Shown here piece by piece: positions 11,409 through 21,831 of a stretch of 64,000 nt of DNA; the first letter of the stretch is position 1; each line of letters starts with the position of its first letter. The stretch comes from Solirubrobacterales bacterium (GTDB lineage Bacteria; Actinomycetota; Thermoleophilia; Solirubrobacterales; 70-9). The position numbers and the translations under genes are program-made. Under the pieces are notes generated by a model that searched no databases, was not told where the DNA came from, and saw only the letters and a list, made by a program, of their open reading frames with translations. The stretch spans positions 1,544 to 65,543 of the forward strand of contig JBIOTO010000119.1 in NCBI GenBank assembly GCA_044865945.1, written 5' to 3'.

Positions 11409-13943
11409 ATGGCACTGGACGCCCTGACCGGGAACATCGAGGAGCGCGGCCTCGAGCAGGAGATGCGCTCGTCCTACCTCGATTACGCGATGAGCGTGAT
11501 CGTCGGCCGGGCGCTGCCGGACGTCCGCGACGGCCTCAAGCCGGTCCACCGCCGGGTGCTCTACGCGATGCACGACATCGGCCTGCAGCCGACGCGCCCG
11601 TACCGCAAGTGCGCCTTCATCGTCGGCGAGGTGATGGGCAAGTACCACCCGCACGGCGATTCGGCGATCTACGACACCTTGGTGCGGATGGCGCAGGACT
11701 TCTCCCTGCGCTACCTGCTGGTCGACGGCCAGGGCAACTTCGGCTCGATCGACGACGACCCCGCCGCCGCGATGCGGTACACCGAGGCCCGCCTCGGCCG
11801 CCTGGCGACCGAGATGCTGCGGGACATCGACGCCGACACCGTCGACTTCGGCCCCAACTACGACGAATCGACGCAGGAGCCGCTGGTCCTGCCGGCGCGC
11901 TTCCCGAACCTGCTCGTCAACGGCACCTCCGGGATCGCGGTCGGGATGGCGACCAACATCCCGCCGCACAACCTGCGCGAGGTCGCCGCCGCGGTCGCCG
12001 CCTACATCGAGGATCCGGAGATCGACCTCGCCGGTCTGATGCAGCACATCAAGGGCCCCGACTTCCCCGGCGGCGGCATGATGAGCATGGAGGGAATCCG
12101 CGACGCCTACGCCTCGGGTCGCGGCAGCATCCGGGTTCGCGCCCGCGCCCATGTCGAGCCGCTGAAGGGGGGCAAGGAGGCGATCGTCGTCACCGAGCTT
12201 CCCTTCATGGTCAAGAAGGGCGGCGAAGGCGGCCTGATGACCAAGATCGCCGACCTCGCCCGCGACAAGAAACTCGAGGGGATCTCCGACCTCCGCGACG
12301 AGAGCGACGAACGCTCCGGGATGCGCCTCGTGATCGAGCTCAAACGCGGCGGCCCACCGGCCAAAGTCGTCCTCAACAACCTCTACAAAAAAACCGCGAT
12401 GCAGTCGACGTTCGGGGCGAACATGGTCGCCCTGGTCGACGGCGTCCCCCGCACGCTGAGCCTGCGGGAGCTGATCGAGCACTACGTCGAACATCAACGC
12501 GAGGTCGTCACCCGCCGGACCCAGTACGAACTGCGCCGCGCGGAGGCCCGCGCCCACATCCTCGAGGGCCTGCTGGTGGCGCTCGACAACCTCGACGCGG
12601 TGATCAAACTGATCCGCGCCTCGAACGACCCCGACGCCGCCCGCGACGGGTTGATGGAGAGCTTCGAGCTCTCGCGCGAGCAGGCCCAGGCGATCCTCGA
12701 CATGCGCCTGCAGCGCCTCACCGCGCTGGAGGCCGACAAGGTCCGCGCCGAGCACGCCGACCTGATGGAGCGGATCGGCGAGCTGCGGGCGATCCTCGGC
12801 GACGAAGCCAAAGTGATGGCCCTGGTCAAGGACGAGCTGGCCGAAATCGTCGAGGCCTACGGCGACGAACGGCGCACCGAACTCGTCCACTTCGAGGGCG
12901 ACGTCGGGATCGAGGACATGATCGCCGACCAGCAGATGGTGATCTCGCTCACCGCCTCCGGCTACGTCAAGCGGCTGCCGCTGGCGACCTACCGCCAGCA
13001 GCACCGCGGCGGCGTCGGGGTGATGGGGATGAACCTTAAAGAGGACGACTACATCGCCCACCTCCACATCAGCTCGACCCACGACTTCCTGCTCTTCTTC
13101 ACCAACCGCGGCAAGGTCTACCGGCTCAAGGTCTACGAGCTGCCGGAGGGGTCGCGGACCGCGAAAGGCAGTTCGTTGCGCAACCTGCTGCCGCTGCGCG
13201 AGGGTGAGAAGGTGATGGCGGTGATCCCGACCCGGGACTTCAAGGAGAACAAATACCTCGCCTTCGCCACCGCCAAGGGCATGATCAAGAAAACCGAGTT
13301 CCTCGCCTACAACACGCCGATCCGCGCCGACGGGATCATCGCGATCAAGGTCCGCGAGGGCGACGAGCTGGTCCAGGTGCGGCTGACCTCGGGCGAAGAC
13401 GACATCCTCATGGTCTCCCACTCGGGTCACGCCAGCCGCTTCTCAGAGGAGAAAGTCCGGGACATGGGCCGCGACACCAGCGGCGTCAAAGGGATGAACG
13501 TCGCCGGCAAGGACAACCGGGTGCTGGCGATGGACGTCGCCCGCAACGACACCGAACTCTTCGTCGTCACCGAGAACGGCTACGGCAAGCGCACTCCGGT
13601 CTCCGAGTACCCGGTCAAGGGCCGCGGCACGAAAGGCGTCCTCACCGCGAAGCTGACGGAGAAGAAGGGCGGTCTCGCCGGCGCCCTGATCGTCAGCGAG
13701 CACCAGGACCTCCTCTTCATCTCCCAGAACGGCATGGTCCAGCGCACCCCCGCCAGCGGCATCTCGCAGATGGGCCGCGCCACCCAGGGCGTCAAGGTGA
13801 TGAACATCAAGGACGACGACCGCGTCAGCGCCGTCGCCCTGGTGGTCGAGTCCGAGGAAGGCGCCGACGACGTTCCGGCGACCCCCGAGGACAACGGCCA
13901 GGAGCCGCTGGCCGAAGCCTCGCCAGACGGCGCCGGCGAGTAG
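11409..13943 (+). CDS. gyrA: DNA gyrase subunit A
   Basis: It contains the [28 protein letters not shown] active-site region (AAMRYTE Tyr), a QRDR-like [10 protein letters not shown], and C-terminal beta-pinwheel repeats. Confidence 0.95.
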   Translation: MALDALTGNIEERGLEQEMRSSYLDYAMSVIVGRALPDVRDGLKPVHRRVLYAMHDIGLQPTRPYRKCAFIVGEVMGKYHPHGDSAIYDTLVRMAQDFSLRYLLVDGQGNFGSIDDDPAAAMRYTEARLGRLATEMLRDIDADTVDFGPNYDESTQEPLVLPARFPNLLVNGTSGIAVGMATNIPPHNLREVAAAVAAYIEDPEIDLAGLMQHIKGPDFPGGGMMSMEGIRDAYASGRGSIRVRARAHVEPLKGGKEAIVVTELPFMVKKGGEGGLMTKIADLARDKKLEGISDLRDESDERSGMRLVIELKRGGPPAKVVLNNLYKKTAMQSTFGANMVALVDGVPRTLSLRELIEHYVEHQREVVTRRTQYELRRAEARAHILEGLLVALDNLDAVIKLIRASNDPDAARDGLMESFELSREQAQAILDMRLQRLTALEADKVRAEHADLMERIGELRAILGDEAKVMALVKDELAEIVEAYGDERRTELVHFEGDVGIEDMIADQQMVISLTASGYVKRLPLATYRQQHRGGVGVMGMNLKEDDYIAHLHISSTHDFLLFFTNRGKVYRLKVYELPEGSRTAKGSSLRNLLPLREGEKVMAVIPTRDFKENKYLAFATAKGMIKKTEFLAYNTPIRADGIIAIKVREGDELVQVRLTSGEDDILMVSHSGHASRFSEEKVRDMGRDTSGVKGMNVAGKDNRVLAMDVARNDTELFVVTENGYGKRTPVSEYPVKGRGTKGVLTAKLTEKKGGLAGALIVSEHQDLLFISQNGMVQRTPASGISQMGRATQGVKVMNIKDDDRVSAVALVVESEEGADDVPATPEDNGQEPLAEASPDGAGE

Positions 13944-14876
13944 CTAGAACCCGGCTTCGAGGAACGTCTCGTATCCCGGTCCGGCGAGCGGAGAGCGCCG
14001 AGCGCCGGGGAAGTCGACCGAGAAGTCGCCCAGCCACGAGGTCGAGCCATCGGGTGCCGCCCGGTACCGCCCGGCACCGTGGAAGGGGGCGCCGGGGGCG
14101 AACCTGCCCGCGGTGACCGCCTCGTTGAGGGGGAGCTCGCCGCGACCGACCACTTCGGCTTGCCGCAGGATCGCCAGGCTCCCCCTGTTTTCTTCGCGCT
14201 GGGCGAAGTAGGCCAGTTCGCCCCGGAAGCTGAGGGCGGCGAACTCGGTCGCGTCGACGCCGTCGCGATCGCTCGCGATCAGGCCGGAGAACGAGTCTTC
14301 GAGCAGGGAGGAGGCCCGCGCGGATCGGCGACGGTCCCGCTCCCGGCACTTGGCGGCGACGCTGGAGATCGCTCCCTTGGCCCGGTGGACGCGGATCGTC
14401 AGGTAGCCGCCCTCACCGCGGAACCTGAAGTTGCCGGCGAAGACTCCGCGATGGACGACAAACCGGCCCGCGCCCCGGCAGCGCCTCTTCTTGCCGAACC
14501 ACGGCCGGTGCCGCGATTCGCGGAAGCGCATCGAGATCTCGCCGAGGTCGCCGAAGGTTGCCCGCAGCCGCTCGGGCTCCGCGATCCCTCGCGCCAGGTA
14601 GCGGGTCACGGCGGCGCGCTCGCGGCCGTACGCGCGACCGACAGCCACGACCACGGCATCTCCGGTGGTCCCGACAGAGACTTCGTAGGGCCCGGCGGGA
14701 TCGAGGCGAAAGCCGGTGTGGAACTTTGGCTCCTTCGCGACCGGCCCCCCAACCTCCGTGGCTTGCGGGTCGGGCGGAAGGAGCTGCCACAGCGGGCTTC
14801 GCGCCGCGGCCGAACCCGGACCGAGGACCGCCAGCGCCGAGGAGAGCAGGAGCAGAGCGAGAGCGCGCCTTCTCAT
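13944..14876 (-). CDS. secreted hypothetical protein (signal peptide, no recognised domain)
   Basis: The true start is MRRRALALLLLSSALAVLGPGSAAARS at 14876. Its ATG overlaps the stop of the upstream protease gene (ATGA). The 452-aa track ORF is an upstream extension. Confidence 0.55.
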   Translation of the reverse strand: MRRRALALLLLSSALAVLGPGSAAARSPLWQLLPPDPQATEVGGPVAKEPKFHTGFRLDPAGPYEVSVGTTGDAVVVAVGRAYGRERAAVTRYLARGIAEPERLRATFGDLGEISMRFRESRHRPWFGKKRRCRGAGRFVVHRGVFAGNFRFRGEGGYLTIRVHRAKGAISSVAAKCRERDRRRSARASSLLEDSFSGLIASDRDGVDATEFAALSFRGELAYFAQREENRGSLAILRQAEVVGRGELPLNEAVTAGRFAPGAPFHGAGRYRAAPDGSTSWLGDFSVDFPGARRSPLAGPGYETFLEAGF

Positions 14877-15814
14877 TTCACCCTCGCGGCCCGCCCGTAG
14901 AGGCGGGCGACTTCCGCGCCGAAGTAGGGGCCATAGTCGGGGCTCTCGTGGCCGAAGTAGCCGTAGCTCGTGACCCCGTTGAGGGTGTCGCCGTGGATCA
15001 GCCAGCCGCCCCCCGAGGCGCCGCCGGTGACCCCGCAGGCGACGGCGTGGTTGACCGGACCGGGAAAGCCCAAGGAGTGCGGGTCGTGACCGAGGTAGGC
15101 CGCGACGCCGCAGACCCTCTGCGTTTCGCCGTCGAAGGGTTCTTCTGACGGGTAACCATGAACGGAGAATTTCTGACTTCGCGTCAGTCCCCAGGCGATC
15201 TTGGCCCCGCCGACAGCGTCGACAAGCGATTCGCCAGCACCATTGCGGCCGACGACCATCGCGCCGACGTCGAAGTTGGGACTGCCGGCGGTCGCCCGCC
15301 ACCGCTTCGTGGTGTCGATCCAGCGGGCGGGGAAGACCCCGAAGGGTCGCTGGCCGTAGCGATACGCCGGGACGAAGGCAGCCGGCCCGGGGAACCAGTC
15401 GTCGCCCCGGCCGCTGTTGAGGCAGTGCGCGGCGGTGATCACCACGCTCTCGTTGGGCGAGCGAACCGCGGTGCCCGAGCAGCGACCGACGCCGAAGATC
15501 CCCAGCGAGAGCAGGACCACGCCGTGGACACGGAACTCGGGAGCGGTTGGGTCGGCGACCTGTTCGAAGTCGGACCCAAAGTCGCCCGGGTCGGTGGCGG
15601 AGGTGCCGGCGCGATTCGAGCGCAGCTCCAGGGGCACGGCGCCCCGCACCCGGGCGGGAGTCCAGAAACCCGCCGCTTCACTCGCCGAGGACGCCTTCAG
15701 CCAGACGCCGCTGGCAAAGGCTTCCCGCGATGCACCGCCTGCCATCAGGACGAGAAGGGCAGCGAGGACGGCACCCGCCAGCACCCGGCGTCCCCCGCCA
15801 AAGGCAACGTTCAT
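14873..15814 (-). CDS. secreted trypsin-like (S1 family) serine peptidase
   Basis: It has an N-terminal signal/TM segment, the His motif VITAAHC and the Ser motif GVTGGASGGGW. I prefer the ATG at 15814; the track uses the TTG at 15820. Confidence 0.72.
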   Translation of the reverse strand: MNVAFGGGRRVLAGAVLAALLVLMAGGASREAFASGVWLKASSASEAAGFWTPARVRGAVPLELRSNRAGTSATDPGDFGSDFEQVADPTAPEFRVHGVVLLSLGIFGVGRCSGTAVRSPNESVVITAAHCLNSGRGDDWFPGPAAFVPAYRYGQRPFGVFPARWIDTTKRWRATAGSPNFDVGAMVVGRNGAGESLVDAVGGAKIAWGLTRSQKFSVHGYPSEEPFDGETQRVCGVAAYLGHDPHSLGFPGPVNHAVACGVTGGASGGGWLIHGDTLNGVTSYGYFGHESPDYGPYFGAEVARLYGRAARVK

Positions 15815-15856
15815 TGTCAAAAGTCTACTTGCGTACTCAGGAACCCCGTCGTAGGG

Positions 15857-16366
15857 CTAAGCCGCTGCCGGCAGGTACTGCTGCCAGGCGGCGGGGATCT
15901 TCGGGCTCGCCACCTGGATGAAGACCGTCGGCGGTGGCGCTTTGGGGACGTTTGCCGGGTGCATCTCGATCTCGCGGGGGAGGCGGTTGCCCTTGCGGCG
16001 GTTGCAGGGGGGGCAGGCGGCGACGATGTTCTCCCAGACCGATTTGCCGCCGCGGGAGCGGGGGATGACGTGGTCGACGGTGAGCCCGGACTTGGTCGAG
16101 CCGCAGTACTGGCAGGTCCAGGCGTCGCGGGCGAGGACGGCGCGGCGGGTGATCTTGCGGCGGTGGGCCTGGCGCGGGATCCGCACGTAGTTGACCAGGC
16201 GGATCACGTCGGGGCGCTCCATCGTCATCCGCTCGGAGTGGAGCGCGGCACCGTCCCGCTGCTCGAGGAGTTCGGCCTTTTCCTTCAGCAAGAGGACAGC
16301 CGCTCGTCTCAACGTGCAGACGTTGATCGGCTCATACGTCGCGTTGAGTACCAGCACCCTGGCCAT
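15857..16366 (-). CDS. HNH endonuclease family protein
   Basis: It contains CQYCG...LTVDHVIPRSRGG...ENIVAACPPCNRRKG, an HNH motif with a Cys4 zinc site. Confidence 0.8.
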   Translation of the reverse strand: MARVLVLNATYEPINVCTLRRAAVLLLKEKAELLEQRDGAALHSERMTMERPDVIRLVNYVRIPRQAHRRKITRRAVLARDAWTCQYCGSTKSGLTVDHVIPRSRGGKSVWENIVAACPPCNRRKGNRLPREIEMHPANVPKAPPPTVFIQVASPKIPAAWQQYLPAAA

Positions 16367-16394
16367 CCTGGAAGGAAATTGTAGGCACTCGGCC

Positions 16395-17234
16395 TTATTC
16401 CACGGGATAGGAGCCGAGGATCCGTACCGACTCGGCCTTGGTGCGCAGCCGCGCGATCGCCTCGGCGACCAGGGAATCGTCTTCTTTTCCCTCCAAATCG
16501 CAGAAAAACATGTAACGGCCGAGGCCCTGGCGCATCGGCCGCGACTCGATCCGGGTGAGGTTGATTCCCCGATCGGAGAACTCGCTGAGCGCGTTGACGA
16601 GGGCGCCGGGGTGGTCTTCGCCGAGCTCGGAAAAGACCAGCGAGGTTTTCCACGGCCCCTCGCCGATCGGCTCGGTCCCGCCCGGCGCGATCCAGACGAA
16701 GCGGGTGACGTTGTCGTCGGAGTCCTCGACCCCTTCGCGCAGCAGCTCGCACCCGTAGAGAGCGGCGGCGGCTCTCGCGCCGAGCGCCGCCCATGGTCGC
16801 GAGGACTCGCTGACCATCCGCACCGCCGCCGCGGTGCTGCTGACGCTGCGCTGTTCGATCTCGGGCAGTTCCTCGCGCAGGAAGCGCTGGCACTGGGCCA
16901 GCGGCTGCGGGTGCGAGAGCACCGCGTCGACGTCCTCGACGCCGACTCCCTCGCGGGCGATCAGGTGGACCCGGACGCGGAAGTCGTGCTCGCCGACGAT
17001 CGTCACGTTGCTCACCTCGAAGGCGAGGGCGTCGAGGGTGCGACGAACCGAACCCTCCAGCGAGTTCTCGATCGGTACCAGCGCCCGGTCGGCCTCGCCA
17101 CGCTCGACGGCGATGATCGAATCGTGGATCGTCGGCGTTCGCAGGGCCTCGTAGTCGCCCTCGGGTCTTGTCTCCCGCAGCGCGTCCTCGGTGAAGGTTC
17201 CGGCAGGCCCCAGGTAGGCGATTCGCATGCCCAC
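16395..17234 (-). CDS. pheA: prephenate dehydratase
   Basis: It contains IAYLGPAGTFTE, a PDT domain, and a C-terminal ACT domain with ESRP...GRYMFFCDLEG. Confidence 0.88.
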   Translation of the reverse strand: MGMRIAYLGPAGTFTEDALRETRPEGDYEALRTPTIHDSIIAVERGEADRALVPIENSLEGSVRRTLDALAFEVSNVTIVGEHDFRVRVHLIAREGVGVEDVDAVLSHPQPLAQCQRFLREELPEIEQRSVSSTAAAVRMVSESSRPWAALGARAAAALYGCELLREGVEDSDDNVTRFVWIAPGGTEPIGEGPWKTSLVFSELGEDHPGALVNALSEFSDRGINLTRIESRPMRQGLGRYMFFCDLEGKEDDSLVAEAIARLRTKAESVRILGSYPVE

Positions 17235-17242
17235 AGCCTGAA

Positions 17243-18277
17243 CTATTCGATCAGGAGCGTGTAGACGGCTTCGTTGTTTTCAACGACTTCCTCGCCCGGC
17301 ACCGGTTCGACTTCGACTTCGATCGTCACTTCACCGCTCGGCGCGGGCGTCAGGGGAATTTCCGCGGTGCCGGTTTCGCCGGGCGGCAGTTCGTCGATTT
17401 CGCCTTTGACGGTGTTGCCTTCGTAAGTCACCGTCACGTTGACCCCGCTCTCGGTCGATTCGAGCGGGTTCAGCACCCCGACTTCGACCACGACGCCTTC
17501 TTCGGCGCTGATCGTCGCCGGCGCGCCTTCGACGAGTTCGGTCCCGTTCACGGTGACGCTGGCGATTTCGGTGCCGTGAGCCCCCGAGACTTCGCCGCCG
17601 CTGTTGCCGCTGATCGCCCCCAGCGCTTCGCTGACCTCGGTCTCGTCGAGCCATTTTTCGTCCGGCAGGAAGGTGTCTTTCGGCAGGTCGCTGTCGGAGA
17701 TCCCCTTGTTGGCGAGGACGCCGTCGACTTCCGGCCGCACCACCTGTTCGTAGACGACGTCGGAGGCGAGCAGCTTCTGCATCTGCCTGGCGATGGCTTC
17801 CATCGCCTTCTCCGCCCCCGCGTCACCGAGCGCGTCGTCGGTCTTTTCGGCGATCTGGTCCATCGCGCTGGCGCGCAGCTGGTAGACGAGCTCGAGGTTC
17901 GCCTGCGCCCGGCCCATGTCGCCGGGAGCGTCCAAGCCTTCGATCCGGGACCGGTAGGTGTCCATCGCGCTGCGGTCGGCGTTGACCTGGTCGACGAAGT
18001 CGGTGACCGAGGCGTTGCCCGGGTCTTCGAGCTTGCCGAAGAACGATTTGCTCGTCTGCTTGGTCTCTTCGACGATCTGGGTGACGTCACGGGCGTAGTC
18101 CTGAAGCGCCCGGTTGGCGCGAGCGTCGAGACAGCCCTTGATTCCGAGGACGATCAGGATCAGGAGGATCAGGCCGCCGCCGAGGGCAAGCCCGCGCCGC
18201 AGCATGATCTGCTGGCGTTCGGGTCGACGTTTGGGCCGCTCGCGCCGGGGCGAGGGTCGTGAGGTGAAGTCCTCCAC
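17243..18277 (-). CDS. membrane-anchored hypothetical protein with C-terminal CARDB-like beta-sandwich
   Basis: It has an Arg-rich N-terminus, one TM segment (GLALGGGLILLILIVLGI), a helical ectodomain, and a C-terminal segment ending ...EEVVENNEAVYTLLIE that resembles CARDB domains. Confidence 0.55.
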   Translation of the reverse strand: MEDFTSRPSPRRERPKRRPERQQIMLRRGLALGGGLILLILIVLGIKGCLDARANRALQDYARDVTQIVEETKQTSKSFFGKLEDPGNASVTDFVDQVNADRSAMDTYRSRIEGLDAPGDMGRAQANLELVYQLRASAMDQIAEKTDDALGDAGAEKAMEAIARQMQKLLASDVVYEQVVRPEVDGVLANKGISDSDLPKDTFLPDEKWLDETEVSEALGAISGNSGGEVSGAHGTEIASVTVNGTELVEGAPATISAEEGVVVEVGVLNPLESTESGVNVTVTYEGNTVKGEIDELPPGETGTAEIPLTPAPSGEVTIEVEVEPVPGEEVVENNEAVYTLLIE

Positions 18278-18408
18278 GGGGCCGGAAGTATGACCTCTGC
18301 GCCAGCTGGAGCGCCAAGAGAGGCCGCAAACGGTGCGTTTTTCCCAGATGCCGCGCCCAATCGGCCGGGTGCAGGAAGAGATCCCTTACCGGCGAAGTTG
18401 GGAGAGCG

Positions 18409-19326
18409 ATGGTCGGCTCGCTGGTGCTCAACCGCTTTTTGATCGAGCGCCGCATAGGTAGCGGCGGCTTCGGCGTTGTCTACGAGGCCTGGGACGGCCG
18501 CCTTGAGCGACCGGTCGCGGTGAAGGCGATCGAACAGCGGGGAGAGGCGGGCCGCCGAGTCCTGCGCGAGGCCCAGGCCGCGGCGCGGCTCAACCACCCC
18601 GGCATCGTCACCCTCTACGAGATGGGGGAGGAGGACGGCAATGCCCTGCTCGTCACCGAGCTGGTCGAGGGTTCGACCCTGGCCCGCCTCGCCAGCGAAG
18701 GCGATCTCTCCGACCGCGAGATCGGCGAGATCGGCGCCGACCTCTGCGAGGCGCTCGACCACGCCCACTCCCGCGGCGTCGTCCACCGCGACATCAAGCC
18801 CCGGAACGTGCAGGTGATCGAGGACGGCGAACCCCGCGCGAAGCTGATGGACTTCGGCGTCGCCCACCTGGCCGACGCGGCGGCCCTGACCGCCGCCGGC
18901 GACGTGGTCGGCACCCTCGCCTACATGTCGCCCGAGCAGGCGGAGGGACGGCCCGCCGGGCCCGAGGCCGACGTCTACTCGCTGGCCCTGACCCTGTACG
19001 AGTGCTGGAGCGGCGAGAACCCGCACCGCCGCGCCACCCCCGCCGCCACCGCGCGGGCGATCGGCGGCCGCCACCGCGCGCTGCGCCGGCTCCGCCCCGA
19101 CCTGCCCCGCGAGCTGGCCGACACCGTCGACGCCTGCCTCTCGCCCCGCCCCAACCACCGCCTCTCGCTGGAGGAGCTGGGCTCGGCGATCGAGGACTCG
19201 CTGGACGATCTCAGCGACCACCTGCCCGGCGCCTACGGCCGCGGTTTCGTCACCCGGGTCGGCGCTCTCGCCGCCGCCGCGACCGTCGGGGGGATCCTCG
19301 CCCTGCACGGTGCGGCCCTGCCGTAG
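18409..19326 (+). CDS. Ser/Thr protein kinase, kinase domain plus short hydrophobic C-terminal tail (PknA-like)
   Basis: All catalytic motifs are intact: IGSGGFGVVY, VAVKAI, HRDIKPRN, DFG and GTLAYMSPE. Confidence 0.85.
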   Translation: MVGSLVLNRFLIERRIGSGGFGVVYEAWDGRLERPVAVKAIEQRGEAGRRVLREAQAAARLNHPGIVTLYEMGEEDGNALLVTELVEGSTLARLASEGDLSDREIGEIGADLCEALDHAHSRGVVHRDIKPRNVQVIEDGEPRAKLMDFGVAHLADAAALTAAGDVVGTLAYMSPEQAEGRPAGPEADVYSLALTLYECWSGENPHRRATPAATARAIGGRHRALRRLRPDLPRELADTVDACLSPRPNHRLSLEELGSAIEDSLDDLSDHLPGAYGRGFVTRVGALAAAATVGGILALHGAALP

Positions 19327-19377
19327 ATGGCGCTTCCCTAGGATCTCCTCATCGGCGCTCTCAGTCGCTTGGAGTCG

Positions 19378-20127
19378 ATGTTCGAAGGCCTCGTCGCGGG
19401 GGTGTTCAGCCGTGCCTTCAGCTCGGAGGTGCAGCCGGTGGAACTGGCGCGCAAACTGGCGAAGGAAATGGACGCCCACAAGACCGCCTCGGTCCAGCGC
19501 GTCTACGTCCCGAACGAGTACACGGTCTTCCTCTCGCGCCAGGACCGCGGCAAGCTCGAGGGCTACGAGCGCTCGCTGGAGCAGGAGCTCTCCGGCTACC
19601 TGCTGGAGCACGCGCGGCGGCGCGGCTACGACCTGCTGACCCGGCCCCAGGTCGACTTCGAGACCGACGAGCGGCTGCGGCTCGGCGAGTTTGGGATCCA
19701 GGCGCGGCTGGTGAAGCCGCCCGCCCACGAGGGCGAGGCGCCCCAGCAGGGGGAAGAGGGGCACACGATGGTCTACTCGGCGGTCCGCGAGCGCGACCGC
19801 AACCGGCCGAAGCGCCCCGAGGAGGCGGTCGGCGCCCTGGTCTCGACCCGGGCGGTCGTCTCGCTCGGCGACCGGCGTTACGTGCTCGACGGCCCGCGGG
19901 CGACGATCGGCCGATCCAAGTCGGTCGAGTGCGTGCTCTCCGACCCCAACGTCTCGCGTCGCCACGCCGAGCTGAGGCGCGGCGAGAACGGCGATTGGCA
20001 GATCGCCGACCTCGGCTCCACCAACGGGATCAAGGTCAACGGCCGCCGCGTCCCCTCGACCCGGCTCAGCCCCGGCGACCAGGTCACCGTCGGCACCACC
20101 ACCTTCACCTTCGATATCGAGCAGTAG
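19378..20127 (+). CDS. fhaA: FhaA-like protein (DUF3662 N-terminal domain + C-terminal FHA domain)
   Basis: The N-terminus MFEGLVAGVFSRAF...QPVELARKL matches DUF3662, and the FHA core is TIGRS...VSRRHAEL...DLGSTNGIKVNG. The track start is the TTG at 19369. Confidence 0.8.
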   Translation: MFEGLVAGVFSRAFSSEVQPVELARKLAKEMDAHKTASVQRVYVPNEYTVFLSRQDRGKLEGYERSLEQELSGYLLEHARRRGYDLLTRPQVDFETDERLRLGEFGIQARLVKPPAHEGEAPQQGEEGHTMVYSAVRERDRNRPKRPEEAVGALVSTRAVVSLGDRRYVLDGPRATIGRSKSVECVLSDPNVSRRHAELRRGENGDWQIADLGSTNGIKVNGRRVPSTRLSPGDQVTVGTTTFTFDIEQ

Positions 20128-20160
20128 GGCGGCTGCCGCCGTCATTAAGGTGCTGGACGC

Positions 20161-20631
20161 GTGGACTACGACCCCATCTCAGTAGCCCTCAAGTTCGGCT
20201 TCATCGCCGTCCTCTACCTCTTCGTGCTCGTGATCGCGCGCAGCGCCATCAAGGACCTGCGCCGGACCGTCGCCCCGGCCCCCGACGCGACCGGCTTCCA
20301 CGCCGCGCCGGCCTACTCCGAGGCCCCGCGCGGGGCCGACGGCTGGCTCCTCGTCGAGCGCGGCGGCGGCCTCGAGCGCGACCAGCGCTTCGACCTGTTC
20401 GGCGGCCTTTCGGTCGGGCGCTCGAAGGAGGCCGACGTGCGGATCGACGACCGCTACGCCTCCGGCATCCACGCCCGAGTCTTCTCGCGCGAGGGGAGGT
20501 TTTACGTCGAGGACATGAACTCGACGAACGGCACCTTGCTCAACGGGGCGACGCTGCACGGGGAGGCCGAGCTGATCGACGGCGACACGATTCAGATCGG
20601 CGACACGATCTTCAGGCTCGAGGTGGGCTAG
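20161..20631 (+). CDS. fhaB: FhaB/FipA-like membrane-anchored FHA domain protein
   Basis: It has an N-terminal TM segment (ALKFGFIAVLYLFVLVIA) and an FHA core VGRS...ASGIHARV...DMNSTNGTLLNG. Confidence 0.8.
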   Translation: MDYDPISVALKFGFIAVLYLFVLVIARSAIKDLRRTVAPAPDATGFHAAPAYSEAPRGADGWLLVERGGGLERDQRFDLFGGLSVGRSKEADVRIDDRYASGIHARVFSREGRFYVEDMNSTNGTLLNGATLHGEAELIDGDTIQIGDTIFRLEVG

Positions 20632-21831
20632 ATGGGGCTGCGGATCGCGGAGGAAGTGGTGCGCACCGACACCGGGCGCCAGCGCAACGCCAACGAGGAC
20701 TCCTACTTCACCAAGGCGCCGCTGTTCGTCGTCGCCGACGGGATGGGCGGCGCGCAGGCCGGCGAGGTCGCCTCGAAAGCGGCGGCCGAGTCGTTTGCCG
20801 GCGAGCTCCCCGACGCGCCGCCCGAGCGGCTGCTGGAGGAGACGATCGAGGGGGCCAACCGGACGATCCACGAGCTCGCCCGCAAGGACCCCAGCCTGGC
20901 CGGGATGGGGACGACGACGACGGCGGCGATCGTCGACCTCGAGGCCGAAGAGGTGGCGATCGGCCACGTCGGCGACAGCCGCGCCTACCGCCTGCGCGGC
21001 GCCAAGTTCGAGCAGCTGACCCGCGACCACTCGCTGGTCGAGGAGATGCGGCGCAAGGGGCAGCTGACCGACGCCCAGGCAGAGGACCACCCGCAGCGCT
21101 CGATCATCACCCGCGCGCTGGGGCCCGAACCCGAGGTCCAGGTCGACGTGCAGACGGTGCCCGCCCAGGACGGCGACGTCTTCCTGATCTGCTCCGACGG
21201 GCTGACGACGATGCTCGACGACGAGTCGATCTTCCGCCTCCTCACCCGCGCCACCTCGCTGCAGGCCGCGGTGCGGGCGCTGATCGACGAAGCCAACCGG
21301 GCCGGCGGCCGCGACAACATCACCGTCGTCGCCTTCCGGCTCGAGGACACCGCCGCGCCGGCCGCGGCGAACCCGGGGGTGCGGCCCGAGGAGGGGGCGA
21401 CGCTGATCGGGTCGGCGGCCGAGGAGGAGGGCCTGACCGCGACCGAGGTCCGCCGCCGCGCCGCCGCCGAGGCCGCCCGCAAGCGCCGCGAGGACCTCGG
21501 CTCCCAGCCGCGCGGCGGGCGCTGGCGCGGCTTCGCCAAGGTGGCGGCGGTCCTGCTTGTGATCGCCGCCGTCGCCTTCGGCGCCTGGTACGGCAACCGC
21601 CAAATCTGGTTCCTCGGCACCGACGACGCCGGCCGCGTCGCCCTCTACCGGGGCGCCCCCTACGAGCTGCCGTTCGGGATCGACCTCTACTCGGAGCGCT
21701 ACTCGATCCCGGTCCAGACCGAGGGGCTGCCGGCCCGCCGCCAGGACGCGGTCACCGGCCACAAGCTGCGCTCCCGCGACGACGCCGTCTCCCTGATCGA
21801 AGACATCGAAAAGAACGAGGGGCTTCGTTGA
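20632..21831 (+). CDS. pstP: PP2C-family Ser/Thr phosphatase with C-terminal TM and ectodomain (PstP-like)
   Basis: It has the PP2C motifs RQRNANEDSY, VVADGMGGAQAGEVAS and ICSDGL, followed by the TM segment AAVLLVIAAVAFGAWY. Confidence 0.88.
   Translation: MGLRIAEEVVRTDTGRQRNANEDSYFTKAPLFVVADGMGGAQAGEVASKAAAESFAGELPDAPPERLLEETIEGANRTIHELARKDPSLAGMGTTTTAAIVDLEAEEVAIGHVGDSRAYRLRGAKFEQLTRDHSLVEEMRRKGQLTDAQAEDHPQRSIITRALGPEPEVQVDVQTVPAQDGDVFLICSDGLTTMLDDESIFRLLTRATSLQAAVRALIDEANRAGGRDNITVVAFRLEDTAAPAAANPGVRPEEGATLIGSAAEEEGLTATEVRRRAAAEAARKRREDLGSQPRGGRWRGFAKVAAVLLVIAAVAFGAWYGNRQIWFLGTDDAGRVALYRGAPYELPFGIDLYSERYSIPVQTEGLPARRQDAVTGHKLRSRDDAVSLIEDIEKNEGLR

Noticed and set aside
14877-15302. 142-codon upstream extension of the 13944-15302 ORF
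   Set aside because: It overlaps the S1 protease gene and is Arg-rich nonsense. An internal ATG at 14876 gives a classic signal peptide and an ATGA overlap with the protease stop.
19002-21827. N-terminal roughly 940 codons of the 1386-aa plus-strand ORF 19002-23162
   Set aside because: The translation is Arg/Pro/Gly/Ala-rich with low complexity. It overlaps well-supported kinase, fhaA, fhaB and pstP genes in other frames. Only the last 444 codons (from TTG 21828) encode the SEDS protein. This is a typical high-GC open-frame artefact.
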